Shown here piece by piece: positions 13,799-26,299 of a stretch of DNA of 64,000 bases. A model generated the notes under the pieces. The model searched no databases. It was not told the DNA's origin and saw only the letters and a program-made list of their open reading frames with translations. The stretch covers positions 198,713 to 262,712 of the forward strand of contig NMRA01000075.1 in NCBI GenBank assembly GCA_002633005.1, in the 5' to 3' direction. The stretch's first letter is position 1, and each line of letters starts with the position of its first letter. Both the position numbers and the translations under genes were made by a program. Source of the DNA: Phoronis australis. Taxonomy: Eukaryota > Animalia > Phoronida.

Positions 13799-14840
13799 AT
13801 CCTGTTACTAAGACCAAAAACTAGTGTTACTCGCAGTGAGAATAATCTCAACAATGAGAGACTTTTAGGAAACAAAATTGGAGGCTGGTCACATGATACC
13901 AGTAACTCTTGGTGCTACCTGACTCTACAAGGAGCTACTTCACTTCCACAGTGGGTAGCAAAGGGAACATGGTTGAATGTATGTAATATGTGATTGCACA
14001 TGATGGATTTAAACAAAAGTGATATTCCCCCCTCATCCAATAGATGACACTAGTACCTGGTTCCATGTGATCAGTTGCCATGTTGCTACTTGAAAGTGTC
14101 CCTTCCACAATTATACAAGTGCACAAAATGGAACATTGCTTAGCTTTGTGAAAATAGCCTCTTCTGTAGATTACAAGGTGAATTATATGAAACTCATTCC
14201 ACAACCCAGTGAGCTAAGTTGTCTTCCTTTTAAGCATTCAAACACATTCAACAGCTGTTCAAGGATCAGAGAAAAGGATAAAACTTGACAATGAATCCCC
14301 AATCAGTTCTCACATTTGTTCATCCTCTTATTCATAATTTATTAATTAAGAATTATAAACAACTAATTCAATAATCTAAATGATTAAGGGATCTAATTGG
14401 CACATTTAACACGGAACAAAATGCTTGCCCCAGTAATTATTCAGAGAATAATTTCTTTTACAATTCGAGACTTGGGAAATAAATAAGGGTGTTGTTTACA
14501 ACCCTCCATTCAATATCAAGCAATGAGAGTGACAACAGATGGCATTCCCAACAACACACTCGCCAAAATACCCAGCAAAACCTTTGTCTTCTTCCCATAC
14601 TCAGCCTACATTGCAGAGACTGGTACAAAATTATGACACCTGCTTGTTAATAGGTTAATCACGAATGAGGTTGCCATTGGTTAAACCTTATTGTTGCAGA
14701 TTGTTTACGTGGAATTACCAGTGAATTAACCCTATACGACCTACGGTATCATATCTGATACCAGAACTTCAAAGGAAATCAAAATTCTGTAAATAATGCC
14801 AAGTTCTCTGAAATTAGACAAGGAATTTCATTGAGACCTG

Positions 14841-15241
14841 GGCCCGGTCTCTAATCTTTGTACTCGAAACGAACTCGAAACTATTTTTGGCAATTTCTCT
14901 GCTCCTTTTGTGCGAACTTAAGACAATTGGTTATCAGACTATGCTCGAATACATTATAGTTTATGCATAGGAGTTTCTAGTTCAAGTTTGCCCTTGAAGA
15001 CCCTTATATTCGTGTTACAAACTCGAGTAAAAACTCGAAATTTCGAGTTCAAATTCGAACTTATTGCTTTAATATTGGGTTTACAAACTGTGAACTAAGG
15101 GCAATAAATTATCTACGTAAGTTATTGTGTACTCGAGTATAGAATAATAGACACTTATCTTGAGTTCGCCCAAAAGTAGAGTAGAGAATGCCAAACCTAA
15201 TTTCGAGTTCCAATTCGAGTAAAAAGATTGGAGACCGGGCC
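14841..15241. mobile_element. PIF/Harbinger-type MITE nested in the piggyBac 5' region
   Basis: TIRs GGCCCGGTCTCTAATCTTTGTACTCGAA / TTCGAGTAAAAAGATTGGAGACCGGGCC. 3-bp TSD CTG at 14838-14840 and 15242-15244. Many internal ACTCGA/TCGAGT motifs. Confidence 0.85.
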
Positions 15242-15790
15242 CTGGGGAATCATATTTGATACCAACAACACTCACATCTACAGGGTACTGGGTGAACTAC
15301 TCACTCAAAGATGGCAGCCTCCATGTGATTGCAATACACACTGTTATACCGGTAAGTTTTTACAAATTTCTTCACTATGTCAGTTTATGTAAATAATACT
15401 CTAAGAAATAGTATTTATTTATTTTGAAACAAATAATTGAACATAGGCAGCTGTGGAATTTTGTTTTTAACGGAGTATCTTATGTGATACCTCAGGTCAA
15501 GCAGAATGAGCTGTTGAAGTTGACCTACTTTTCTTTAACTTGACCTAGTTAAGTTTAACTCCATTTTTGTGTGTGCAAACATTATCTTTGAACATTGAAA
15601 AGGTTGTGTGACAAAATTTACTTAATTTTTTGTTGTGTTATGAAGTTTTTATATCATTTTTGGATTACTGAGGCACAGTATTCTGAGAATAATGCTCATT
15701 TGTTTTGTTTGTTTGTGTGGTCTGCATTCTGTTACACAAATATTTGGTGTGCTAATTATATTCTGTCTTTTCAGATCATCTACATTTAAA

Positions 15791-17574
15791 ATGCCTCGCC
15801 ATCCACAGTTCTCACTAGATGATATCATTGACAAGATAGATGATGCAAATGACAGTGATATTGCCGGATTCGACAGTGATTCAGAAGATGAATTTGTGCC
15901 CTCAGAAATTCATGATCAGAATGATGGAGATGGTGAGAGTAGCAGTAGTTCAGATAGTGATCCAGAGGACAATATCCCGTTAATTGCCCTGCCAGGGAAC
16001 AACTTACATCACCAAAGGACTATAGATGGAAAAACAAATCCTTTGTTGCACCCAATGACTTGATTTTTACTGGGAACAGCGACCTGCCAGACCTGCCAAC
16101 AACTGCTCAAGGGGAAGTCACACCGTACCTCTTGTTGAAGATGTTCATTTCAGATGAAATGCTGCAAATGGTGGCATACGAGACCAACAGATATAGTGTT
16201 GAGAAAGATGGAAAGTCTGTAGACACGACACCTACTGAAATAGAACAACTAATTGGAATGATGTTCTTTATGGGGCTGGTGAAAATGCCAAATGTTCGTG
16301 CTTACTGGGAAAGTAATATGTGGCTTGAAGCTGTGGCTGGTGTTAAGTCACGTGACCGATTCTTGAAATTGGTATCGGTAATTCATTTTGTCGACAACAA
16401 CAGTGCCACTGACGAAACCAAAGTAGACAAGTTGTGGAAAATACGACCTTGGTTTGAGGCTTTACATGAAAATTTTTTGAAGATCCCACCTAAAGAATGC
16501 CAGTCTGTGGATGAAATAATAATACACTTCAAAGGAAGATCTGGGCTGAAGGTTTACATGCTAAACAAACCACACAAGTGGGGCTTCAAGCTGTGGGGTC
16601 GTGCAGATGCCGACGGGTACATATGCGATTTTGACTTGTATCAACCAACCCGTGCTGGTGAACAAGTATCTGAGCTTGGCCGTTCTGTCGGCGTTGTTGA
16701 AAAGCTTGCCGCCTCTCTGCCAGAAGGCAAAAACTTCAAAGTTTTTGCGGACAACTACTTTTCGTCAGTTGCACTAGCTGAAAAACTAGCCAAGAGACAA
16801 ATATATTTCATTGGGACTGTGCGCATGAATCGCGTCACAAATTCTAGTCTCCCCGACGACAAAACCATGAAAAAGGAAGCACACGGATACACAACCTCTC
16901 AAGTGGAGGATCAGACCAATGTTGTTTGTGTGCGCTGGCACAATGATAAAGTAGTGTCCTTAATTTCGTCATACATTGGTGTGGAACTGGTAACCAAAGC
17001 TCAACGTTGGAATAAGAAGGACAAGCAGTATGTAGAAATCAACAGGCCGAAGATCATAGAGGAGTACAATAAGTTTATGGGCGGCATTGACCTTCTCAAC
17101 ACGTGCACCAACTTGTATAGGTACCCATATAGGTCAAAGCGCTGGTATATGTACTTGTTCTGCCATTCCCTGACTATGGCACTGGTCAACGCGTGGTTTG
17201 TGTTCAGGCGCTTCCATGGTGAGCTTGGCTTGAACACATACATTGCTCACTCGCTCAGAAAGTTCCAGTTGATGTGCGCGAGTTCGCTTACCTCCGCTGG
17301 TAGAGGGAAGAAACGTTCTCAAGGGCGAGTGTCGGTAGAGGAAGCTGCAGAATTACAGATGCAGAATCAGGCATGACGTAAGCAGCGATATGGGATTGCT
17401 CCAGACATCCAGAAGGACGAATTCAATCATTTTCCGAGTTATGGCAACTCACGCCAGAGATGCAAGCTCTGCCCACGCGCGAGAGGCGCATTCTCTTATG
17501 TAAAGTGCATCAAGTACAACGCTCACCTGTGCCTAAACAAAGACCGAAACTGCTTCCTGGCGTTCCATAAATAA
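15791..17574 (+). pseudogene. piggyBac (PGBD-like) transposase with one frameshift and one premature stop
   Basis: Acidic N-terminus from ATG 15791 (MPRHPQFSLDDII...DSDSEDEFVP). Frameshift near 16000-16015 into the frame reading KDYRWKNK. DDE core SVDEII / KPHKWGFKLW / FADNYF / YNKFMGGID. After TGA 17374-17376 the same frame continues into a Cys-rich domain RCKLC...CIKYNAHLCLNKDRNCFLAFHK*, ending at 17574. Confidence 0.92.
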
Positions 17575-17996
17575 GTGGTGGTTTCAAGTACTGACAATCT
17601 CTTGTCTAGTCATGTGGCCTTGTTCTGTCCTGTGACTTAGTTTTGGCGCATGACCTAGTTTTGTTGTCTGACCTAGTTTTTGCTTAGTATTTTTGATGAT
17701 ACTTTTAATGAAGGGCCCTTAATTAACAAAGAATTATTGGTTTTGTAGTTGACCAATAAACAAACGATGTTTTTGCCTTCAAGAAGTGTTTTCATTTAAT
17801 TTCACTGTAATCATCATCAGCCAATTACATCCCGTGATATCATATATGCTACCAAACCTAATTAGTACCTCATCAAGGACAAAAATTTTTCTTCTAAACT
17901 TGAATTTTCTAATCACTTTGAGATGTTCAATAAGACTTTAACTTTTTTTGCCAAGTTTTTCATGCTCAGGTCCTATAGGGTTAAGTCATTCTATTA

Positions 17997-19403
17997 CCCA
18001 ATTCGCCGTAATAGCCGCCCATGCCCCTATAAGCGCCCCCCCACGCATTTTCACTTTGCTGAAATAAGCGCCCAGTCCATGAACGTGTACACGGGAACAA
18101 TGACGTACCTAGTCCTAAAGCTCGGCTACAGTAACGTCTTCAATTCATCAAAAAAGTTTTGCACGGGTCTTCTAGACCACCAGCGGCACTGCTACGTTTG
18201 TATTTAGCCGTGACTTTACACTTCAAAGTAACGCAGCCCTTCAAAAAGAACGCAACAGCGTTGCTACTCTCTCGCGACGACCGTGTCCCACTCTATGGTC
18301 TGACCTTTCGGTAGACACATCGACTGTCTCATGAATAAAAATAACTCGGTGTTAAACGCACGTGGCCAGGAAGCGCGCGCGCTACATACATGAACCTGTC
18401 ATCAAAGACCTTAGTCGGGAATTTTCCATTCATGAAACGGGTAGCATAGCATCGATAAGAAATGAATATTGGCACTAATTTCCGACAATTTCTAATACTA
18501 TAAAACATGTTTGCGTTATTTTTGAGATGTATTGTTTGATTAACCATAATTGGTGTTTTTAAGCCGAACATCCGATAAAGTGACAACTGACAGTGAATGC
18601 TTACACACCCTTACACCGAAAAATAACTGTCAGATAGTTACGTACGCATCCAGCTACACGGCGACTAATATGGGCCTTACCGAGACAAATGTCGAAAGTT
18701 TTTAGCACGAGACCGGCAAGTGCTGAATGAAACACGCTCTGGTTTAGGCCTAGCTACTGCATGTGCAAATTTCTTTAGACACATCTAGCTAGTTAGATTG
18801 CGTGCCTCTGGCCAAAAGACGGTCTCTGCTTTGACAAATGAACTCTGGTGATACGCACGCGCTCGCTTATTCGCAGACGAACTTCAAAACAAACGTCACG
18901 TGACAACAACATGTTTGTTCGTCCAGACATTTTTCTCGCCGTGTTGCCGATCAGACATGTAGATGCACAGATTTGTACTTAAACCTCCCGTTAATCCAGA
19001 CTCCACGGGAACTTAAAAAATCTTAGAGATGCTACTTATAAAACTTAATGAGGATTTCAGGTAATTTGCTTGAGTCAAAACCATTTTTATTCAAGCATTG
19101 AAATCGCCATATCGAAGACGGCGATTTCGAGGCAGTCAGTCGCCGAGTTTTCGCCCTGGAATTTCAGCACAATTTTCTGTAAAATGGTCGTAATTTAGCT
19201 GCAAAGTTTGATAGCAATGCACCACAGTTTTGTTGAAAGTCTTTCATAGATTACGTATACGTCACAGAGCGTAAATTTTATGAATCTTAGGTTCCGATTT
19301 CACCCGTTTCGGAGACCGGGTTTCAACCGCCTTGGGTTATAATAAGCGCCCCCCCGAACCGAACTTTTCTAAGCGCCCTGGGTGGTTATTACGGCGAATA
19401 CGG
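17997..19403. mobile_element. Non-autonomous Tc1/mariner (pogo/Tigger-like) element
   Basis: TA flanks at 17995-17996 and 19404-19405. TIRs CCCAATTCGCCGTAATAGCCGCCCA versus reverse-complemented CCGTATTCGCCGTAATAACCACCCA. Repeated TAAGCGCCC subterminal motifs at both ends. No transposase ORF. Confidence 0.85.
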
Positions 19404-20569
19404 TACTTCACATTTCTAGGAGACTCCCTTATGTTACTAATTGAGAAAAAGCTCAAATCATCTGCAAGTCTAGGAAGGATTTTCATGCCACCATACAGCA
19501 GCTGGCAAGAGCTCTTGAAATGCTGAGGTGACAGGACTACTTGATCAACGAGTGGATTTCTTGAATTCTGTGGCACAGGCCTTGAATATGCGTGCAGAAA
19601 TTCTATGCAGCCAATAATGTAAAGTTCGTTAACCATTAAAATAACCTTTAAATAAGGTGATAGCTCAGTTGATGATGTACTGTTCTCTGACGACGCTTAG
19701 GAATGTCGTTAAAATGAATGCTTTTCTGAGAGTCAATAAATCTCAAGGAAACCCCTAGTCAAGAAACCAGTCAAAGATTCATGTGACCTGGTGGTTCTGC
19801 GGTGAGGAAGGACAAACCAAATGGTATTGTCGAAACGGTAGACACTGCCACTACTGAGGGTCTAGCAAGGACTGGACCAACAAAAAAGTGAACCCGTTTT
19901 GCAGACTTGTAGTCATACAATGACTCAGCGACTCCGTCACGCTTTCCAAGGTTTTATCCATACTACTTCAAACATGATGCAAAAGAAACGTGGTGTGCAC
20001 ATTTAAATATAATTGTTGTTGTTGGTACATGCATCCTATAACCCCGAAAATAAGCACATGAACACTAGTTTTAAAGCAAGATTTGTCGACTCAAATATGC
20101 CACATAGTGGCATATGCACCTGTTAAGTTAAACAATTAGGAACACATGCTGCTCTGAATATAGGCAGATCTTGACTTTTTTAAAAATACACTATTGAACT
20201 ATTTTATTTGTGATGTCAGTGGCACTCTGGGTGAAACACAAAGGCTAGAGTAATATGGCTGAATACTAAAAATCTAGTTTTAAAACTCATTGTTTTATTT
20301 TTAAGAATTTGTTTAGCATTGACCGTCCCTCCATACATTCGATGATTGACAAATGTTACAGAAAGCAATGATATAAAAAATGAAGAGGCCTTGTAGAGGC
20401 AATCGTATTCTAAACCCAAATGAAGTGCCTCTTGTTCATGTGTTCACAACCTGAGTTTAATATTTAGTTTTGCTTGTTACAACACTGATGCCAGGTACAC
20501 CTCTGGTCATCTTGGGCGCTTGGTTAACAACGCTAAGGAGACTTCAATTGCAACAGCACAATGAAACCA

Positions 20570-20638
20570 AGATCTGGCTTAAGAGGAGAACTGGTTCTGA
20601 AGAAAGATTAAAGAATCCATATATATCAAAACCAACAA
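20570..20638 (+). mobile_element. Penelope-like GIY-YIG endonuclease C-terminal fragment
   Basis: Translates to about EENWF*RKIKESIYIKT, resembling the PLE motif E.NWFKRKIKE(A/S)IYI. Very short. Confidence 0.5.
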
Positions 20639-20639
20639 G

Positions 20640-22070
20640 TGTGGTATAATGACACCATGATACCATTACGTCATGATGATTTTAATTAAATGTTTTGCAA
20701 AATAATACATTTGCTGGACCAGGCTCGACATTAGTGAGTGTCATCTCCTCGGCAAGTACAGTACTCCAGCAGCGGGAATGCTCCAGGGACCTCCGCAAGG
20801 TAGCATGAGAAAGTTGACGACGGGCCAACAAAAGTTATGCAAGATCTATTTATCGTGATGTACAGTGAATTAATCTGAAGTATCTTGAATTCACTGTGTC
20901 TGATAGTCGTGATAATTCTGAGACTAAGAACAGGTGGATGTGAATTCAGATGTATATTTAAACTCGGGCCTTGTCGACGAGGTGAAATTGACCACCAACT
21001 GCCGAACTCACTGGCTAGCCAGACTTTTCACACTCGACTCATCCATGAGGCCCACCGAGTGTGTGTGCGTGTGAATAAAAGCATCAACCCAATGCTGTTC
21101 TTTGCTCAAACCATCACCACACTACTACCACCGTCACGCCACACTCGGTCGATTTGGTGCCGTGGCCCAGATCTTCTGAAGAAGTAAAGAACTAAGGGTA
21201 CACGAGGTTAGCCGAGGCTTTAGATGGGACACTTTCAATTTTCAGTAAGCCGCAACAAGCGGATCTGGCAGCATTCCTTACCGCAATAGCAGGTAACTTT
21301 TCTTAGGACATATCTGGAGCGGTATGCTCCATGGGAGGGATCCAACTAGCAGCTGATATCCCAATATTTTTGAGGGAGGCCAGCAATTTCGGGGGATGGA
21401 TTAGCGAAATCGGAAAAGTTGACCGTTTCTTCCGCACGATGACCCCTGGAAGCAAATGCTCTTGGCCTACCAGAGGTTGAAAGGAGAGGTCTCGTCGTTT
21501 ACTTGGAGATATTTGACCGATCATCCTGAATGTACGTACAAAGGTTCAGACCCATTTCAGACAAAAGTGTGGTATTTGGCCACTTGAAAGATGTAAAACA
21601 AAGGCACAGTGAAAGTGTGCGAATCTTTGGAGAAAGACTACTGAGTACGGGCAGATGCGTTTGAAGACGAAGCCTCTCTGGGCATACTCCAAGCCCAATT
21701 AATAGTGTTTTTCGTACACAGGTTGCCTGATGCCTGCATCAAGGAGCACGTGTTACACTCTGAGCCCACTACCCTCAGAGACGCAATGAGGATTCAAGAA
21801 TTGCATATCCTGGCTAGAATGCATTTGAAACCTGGAGATGATAGGGACATCCATCGTGTGAATGTGGATCGCATATCCCCCCAAAGCAATGCAGAATGTG
21901 TAACAAAACCGGGCATAGAGCCTGGTATTGTCGCTCTCGTTCATTAAATACTATCGAATGCAGACCACACCCAAAACATTGTCATTGGCTGAATGAAATT
22001 GTAACAATTTCATTTGTAAGAATGGTAAGCAATGTGGTATAATGACACCATGACACAATTACGTACCACA
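20640..22070 (+). mobile_element. Gypsy-type LTR retrotransposon remnant: 5' LTR, tRNA-His PBS, decayed gag, truncated second LTR
   Basis: LTR 20640-21143 with TGTGG...CCACA termini and AATAAA near 21074. PBS TGGTGCCGTGGCCCAGAT at 21155-21172 resembles the complement of the tRNA-His 3' end. Gag-like KQRHSESVRIFGERLL...QAQLIVFFVHRLPDACIKEHVLHSEPTTLRDAM at about 21595-21800. The LTR start tgtggtataatgacaccatga recurs at 22033. Confidence 0.75.
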
Positions 22071-23107
22071 CGATTGTGTTTGCTTGCATATTAGATACTA
22101 CATACATGTATATAGTTCTGGGTATACTAATTTCATCTATGTACTGTCTGCAACCCAGATATAATGCTTTGTAATTTCTGGGTTTGTCCTTATTTACCTT
22201 ATATGTTTTGTGTATTCTCAATAAATATATATCGCCTTGAAAAAGTCTAATATTTAGTTATGCTGGTTTCAACATTGATGCAGGTACACCTCTTGTGATC
22301 TTGGGACATTTGGTTAACAAAGCCGAGGAGGCTTCAAGTAATTGCAACAACACAATGAAGTTAGATATCATTCACTCAGGTACTACATGGTTGTGTTTGT
22401 TGCAAAAAGAGATACTGAAGTCGATGAAGAGCTTCACTATAACAATGGAGACTGACAACTTACAGAGGAAAACAAAAGTGCCTCTTGTTCAAGAGTTCAT
22501 AACCTAAGTCTAGTACTTAGTTGTGCAAAGGTAAATAAATTTGTTTAGAATGTTGGGTACCGTTTAGGGTGTTGCGCAATGCCACTCCAGTGGGTAAATC
22601 ATGGAAAATATGTCCACCATGGTCTGATTCGGGGATCATTGTTGCAAACTAGTCAGACTAGTTATTGAAGGGATGGTTTAAAAGATCTGTAGGAATCTAT
22701 AAACCATGATAAATTAAAGAAATACAACAATAATACTTTACAAGATTGCATTGTTAAATTGAGATGTGATGACTTGCTTCAAGCAGAGCAGATAAAGACC
22801 TTGGCGTGGAACACAAAACTATATTTTATTTGTCATAAACCAAACAACACCTCATTTATGCTAGAGATTGCGGTGAGTGGTACCATGTGTCGTGTTTTGG
22901 ATTAACACAAGAGGCAGTGACTTTGCCGAGTTTCTGTTGCTCGCTGTGTGATGTTAAGAAGGCTCATGTTAGTTATTTATTAGGCTAGAATTGCTATTCG
23001 ATTGTCGTCTTTTTTGGTTATTCTAAAATTTCTGTCAGTGGATAATACAGAATACTAATTCTGAATTGATTTTTCATTTCAGATTAGCTTTACAAATTTA
23101 ATCAGAA

Positions 23108-24495
23108 ATGGATTCTTTGCACCACATCAAGATAAGAAAAGCCACCTTCAACCATGAGGTTGGTCTTGAAAACTCGTGTGTGAGCCGAACTGGCTGCTTA
23201 CGGGGCAGGTTTGCCTCTTCAGAAATAATTCTTTGTTTGCGGCGGAAAAAGATCATGGTGTTGAAGACGGACGTGCGTTGGTTGAACAAGTATCAGGTGT
23301 ATCAACCATTCTTGGGTCCGGATGTGGTGGAATGGTTCGACTGCTAAAAGACCTCTGCTGTGGATTAACTTTTGACCTAAGTCCTGTTTTTGTATTTGTC
23401 TTCCCTGAATACAGTTGTTTCTTACTTGTTGACTTCAATGGTTGTATTGTTTTATTCATCTCTCGCCAGAATTTCCACATTGGTGCCGCGAACCATTCAC
23501 AATGGAAGATTGGAAGAAAGAACGAACTGTCAAAGGTCCTCTATTCTCGAGAACTTTTAATAACGTAAGTTACATTCTGGACTTGGAGGAACCGTCAGTT
23601 ACGGAAGTCACCAAAGTTAGGTCAATAGTTCCCACGTTGGAAACCACACTTATTGCTCTCAGCAATTTGGACATTAACATTGAATGTAGATTGTCGGAAG
23701 AGGCAGCAGAGCAGGCCTTGGGTGAGTCTCTTGAAATTACCTAGCGTTGTGTCGAGGAGCGAGACCGGTCAGCGTGTGTCGCGCTATGGTCGCTGAGAGT
23801 TGCGGGTAAATGTTGCCCGGTCTCCATTGTGTTGACTGTAGCATTAGGCAATCATGTCTGGGCATGTCATCTTCCAGCCGTGGTGAAGGACATCGAGTTT
23901 GAGAGAGAAGTGAGTGTTGGACTCACCAAGATGCAAGCTTTTGTGTTGTCGCGAAATATGAAGGCATTGGGGTTGCAGTTGATCGTACAACTAGATGAGA
24001 TGATCCATCATGGGTGGCGTGCCGAATCAGAGATCAGGACAACGAACGCTGTTCACTAACATCGCGTTAGTAGCGTTATGCGAATGGCTATCTCTCGGTG
24101 TTCCCAAGATGTTTATTGTGGAACAGCAACTTCAGTAGCCCGTTGCCATACTCTTGCCTGTGGTGTTGCGTTGACCATTGAAACTGATTGCACCAGCAAA
24201 GTTGTGCTCGTTATTGATGGAACTGACTCAGAATCCTTCTGAGTTGTTGGACGATCAGATCCGGTCTGATATGGGCGTGAAACTCCAGTCTGTGGAAGAC
24301 ATGGAAGAGGATAGTGGTTCGACTGTTCTGGATGACACAATCTTGGATTCTGACCAGCAGGAGCCAACAGTGGATTCTGTGACTGTGAGTGAGAAAGTGT
24401 CGCTGGTGCATCAACGCACATTAACGAGTTTTAGACAATGGCGGAAACAACTTTCAGCTGATGTTACAAATTATTTGAAAGAGAGAAAGATGTAA
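23108..24495 (+). pseudogene. Unknown gene, tandem copy A (stops, frameshifts and a ~380-bp insertion at 23359-23739)
   Basis: MDSLHHIKIRKATFNHEVGL...WFDC, then VALWSLRVAGKCCPVSIVL..., ending ...SFRQWRKQLSADVTNYLKERKM*. Preceded by a pyrimidine tract plus CAG acceptor at about 23082. Colinear with copy B. Confidence 0.6.
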
Positions 24496-24849
24496 CAAGC
24501 TTCACGCAGAACTGCTTGTTATGTATAAAATGTGGTGTCCATAGAGACCAAGATAAAGTACTCAATTGCAGTCACTGAGTAGTGTCTAGGCCAAATTAGC
24601 CTGCAGCAGCAAGATGTTCAGGCCTTGACACGGAATACAAAATTACCAGTATATTGTCCAGTTTCTGTTGCTCGCTGTATGATGTTAAGAAGGCTCCTGG
24701 TTTGTTTGTTGGTAATCGCAGTTATTTATTGGGCTAGAATTGTTATTTGTCTTCTTTGGTTATTCTAAAATTTCTGTCAGTGGATAACAAAGATTACTGA
24801 TTCTGAATTTATTTTACATTTCAGATCAGCTTTATAACTTTAATCAGAA

Positions 24850-25861
24850 ATGGATTCTTTGCACATCAAGGTAAGAAAAGCCACCTTCAACCAGGAGGTT
24901 GGTCTTGCAAACTCGTGCGTGAGCCAAACTGGCTGCTTACGGAGCAGATTCGCCTCTTCGGAAATAATTCTTTGTTTGCGGCGGAAAAAGATTGTGGTGT
25001 TGAAGAAGGATGTGCGTTGGTTGAACAAGTATCGGGTGTACCAACCATTCATGAGTCCGGTTGTCGTGGAATGGTATGACTGCCAAGAGACCTCTGCATC
25101 GGATGCCTAGAGTTGTGAGGAGCGAGGCTGGTCAGTGTGTGTCGCCCCATGGTCGCTGAGAGTTGCGGGTAAATGTTGCCCGGTCTCCATTGTGTTGTCA
25201 GTGGCATTAGGCAGTTATGTCTGGAAGCGTCATCTTCCAGCTGTGGTGAGGGACATCAAGTGTGTGAGAGAAGTGAGTGTCAGACTCACAAAGACACGAG
25301 CTTACGTGTTGTCACAAATTGTGAAGGCCTTGGGGTTGCAGTTGATCGCGCAACTAGATGAGATGGTCCATCATCGGTGGCATGCCGAATCAGAGATCAG
25401 GTCAGTCACGCTGGCCACAAACATTGCATTAGTAGCGTTATGCGAATGGCTATCTCTCGGTGTTCCCGAGACGTTTATTGCGGAACAGCAACTTCAGTAG
25501 ACCGTTGTTGTTTTGTTGCCTGTGGTGTTGCGTTGGCTATTGGAGCAGATCGCACAGGCAAAGTTGCACTCCTTATTGATGGAACTGACTCAAGATTCCT
25601 TCTGAGTTGTGGAACGATCAGATGCGGTCTGATATGGGCGTGGAACCCCAGTCTGCGGAAGACATGGAAGAGGATAGTGGTTCGACTGTTTCAGATGACA
25701 CGATCTTGGATTCTAACAACATGCAGGAGTCAAGAGCGGATTCTGTGACCATGAATTAGGAAGCGTTGTTGGTGCTTCAATGCACATTAGCGAGTTTCAG
25801 ACAGCGGCGGAAACAACTTTCAGCTGATATTACATATTATTTGAAAGAGACAAAGATGTAA
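24850..25861 (+). pseudogene. Unknown gene, tandem copy B (roughly 335 aa reconstructed)
   Basis: ORFs 24850-25110 and 25135-25500 are in the same frame, separated only by TAG codons. The frame continues TVVVLLPVVLRWLLEQIAQAKLHSLLMELTQ, then shifts to an acidic segment and ends RRKQLSADITYYLKETKM*. Confidence 0.6.
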
Positions 25862-26299
25862 CAAGTTTCAAGCAGAACTGCTTGTTATGTATAAAATGTG
25901 ATGCCCGTTGAGAACAATTGCAGTCACTGAGTAGTGACCAGGCCAAATTAGTCTCAAACAGCAAGAGGTACAGGCCTTGGCACGGAATACAAAATTACCG
26001 ATATACTGTATTTGCCATGGGCAAAATGACGGCTCACCTAGAGTGCAGAGTAACAACTGCCGCCAGTGGTACCATGTGACAGGTTTCAGATTAAACCAAG
26101 AAGAGACAGTGAGCTTGCCAAGTTTCCATTGTTCACTGTACGATGGTTAAGTAGGTTTCTGGTTTATTTTTTAAATAATTGACCACTTTGAATTGGGTAG
26201 TAACTGCTACTCAACTGTTTTTCTGAAGTTTCATTCATTTTACGAATTCAGTTGGTGTATAAGACAAATATCTGATTCTTAATACTTAATTTTTCATTT

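Larger units (their letters stand above)
14730..17980 (+). mobile_element. piggyBac DNA transposon, full length, decayed
   Basis: TTAA at 14726-14729 and 17981-17984. 13-bp TIRs CCCTATACGACCT / AGGTCCTATAGGG with one mismatch. Subterminal GGTATCATATNTGATACC-like palindromes near 14745, 15247, 15473 and 17836. Internal transposase. Confidence 0.95.
19800..22460 (+). pseudogene. Decayed SETD8/KMT5A-like SET-domain gene; C-terminal exon present twice and interrupted by retroelement fragments
   Basis: About 19950-19995 reads FYPYYFKHDAKETW. About 20482-20560 reads TDARYTSGHLGRLVNNA. About 22273-22455 reads IDA...LGHLVNK...NCNNTMKL...LCL, then after a frameshift AKRDTEVDEELHYNNGD. These match the SET motifs YYF..K.WCIDA, LGRLxN and LCLFAxRDIxxGEELxYxYG. 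Confidence 0.7.

Noticed and set aside
17374-17376. Programmed stop read-through or selenocysteine in the piggyBac transposase
   Set aside because: The ORF also has a frameshift and other degenerate residues. A CGA-to-TGA mutation is the simpler explanation, and I saw no SECIS-like element.
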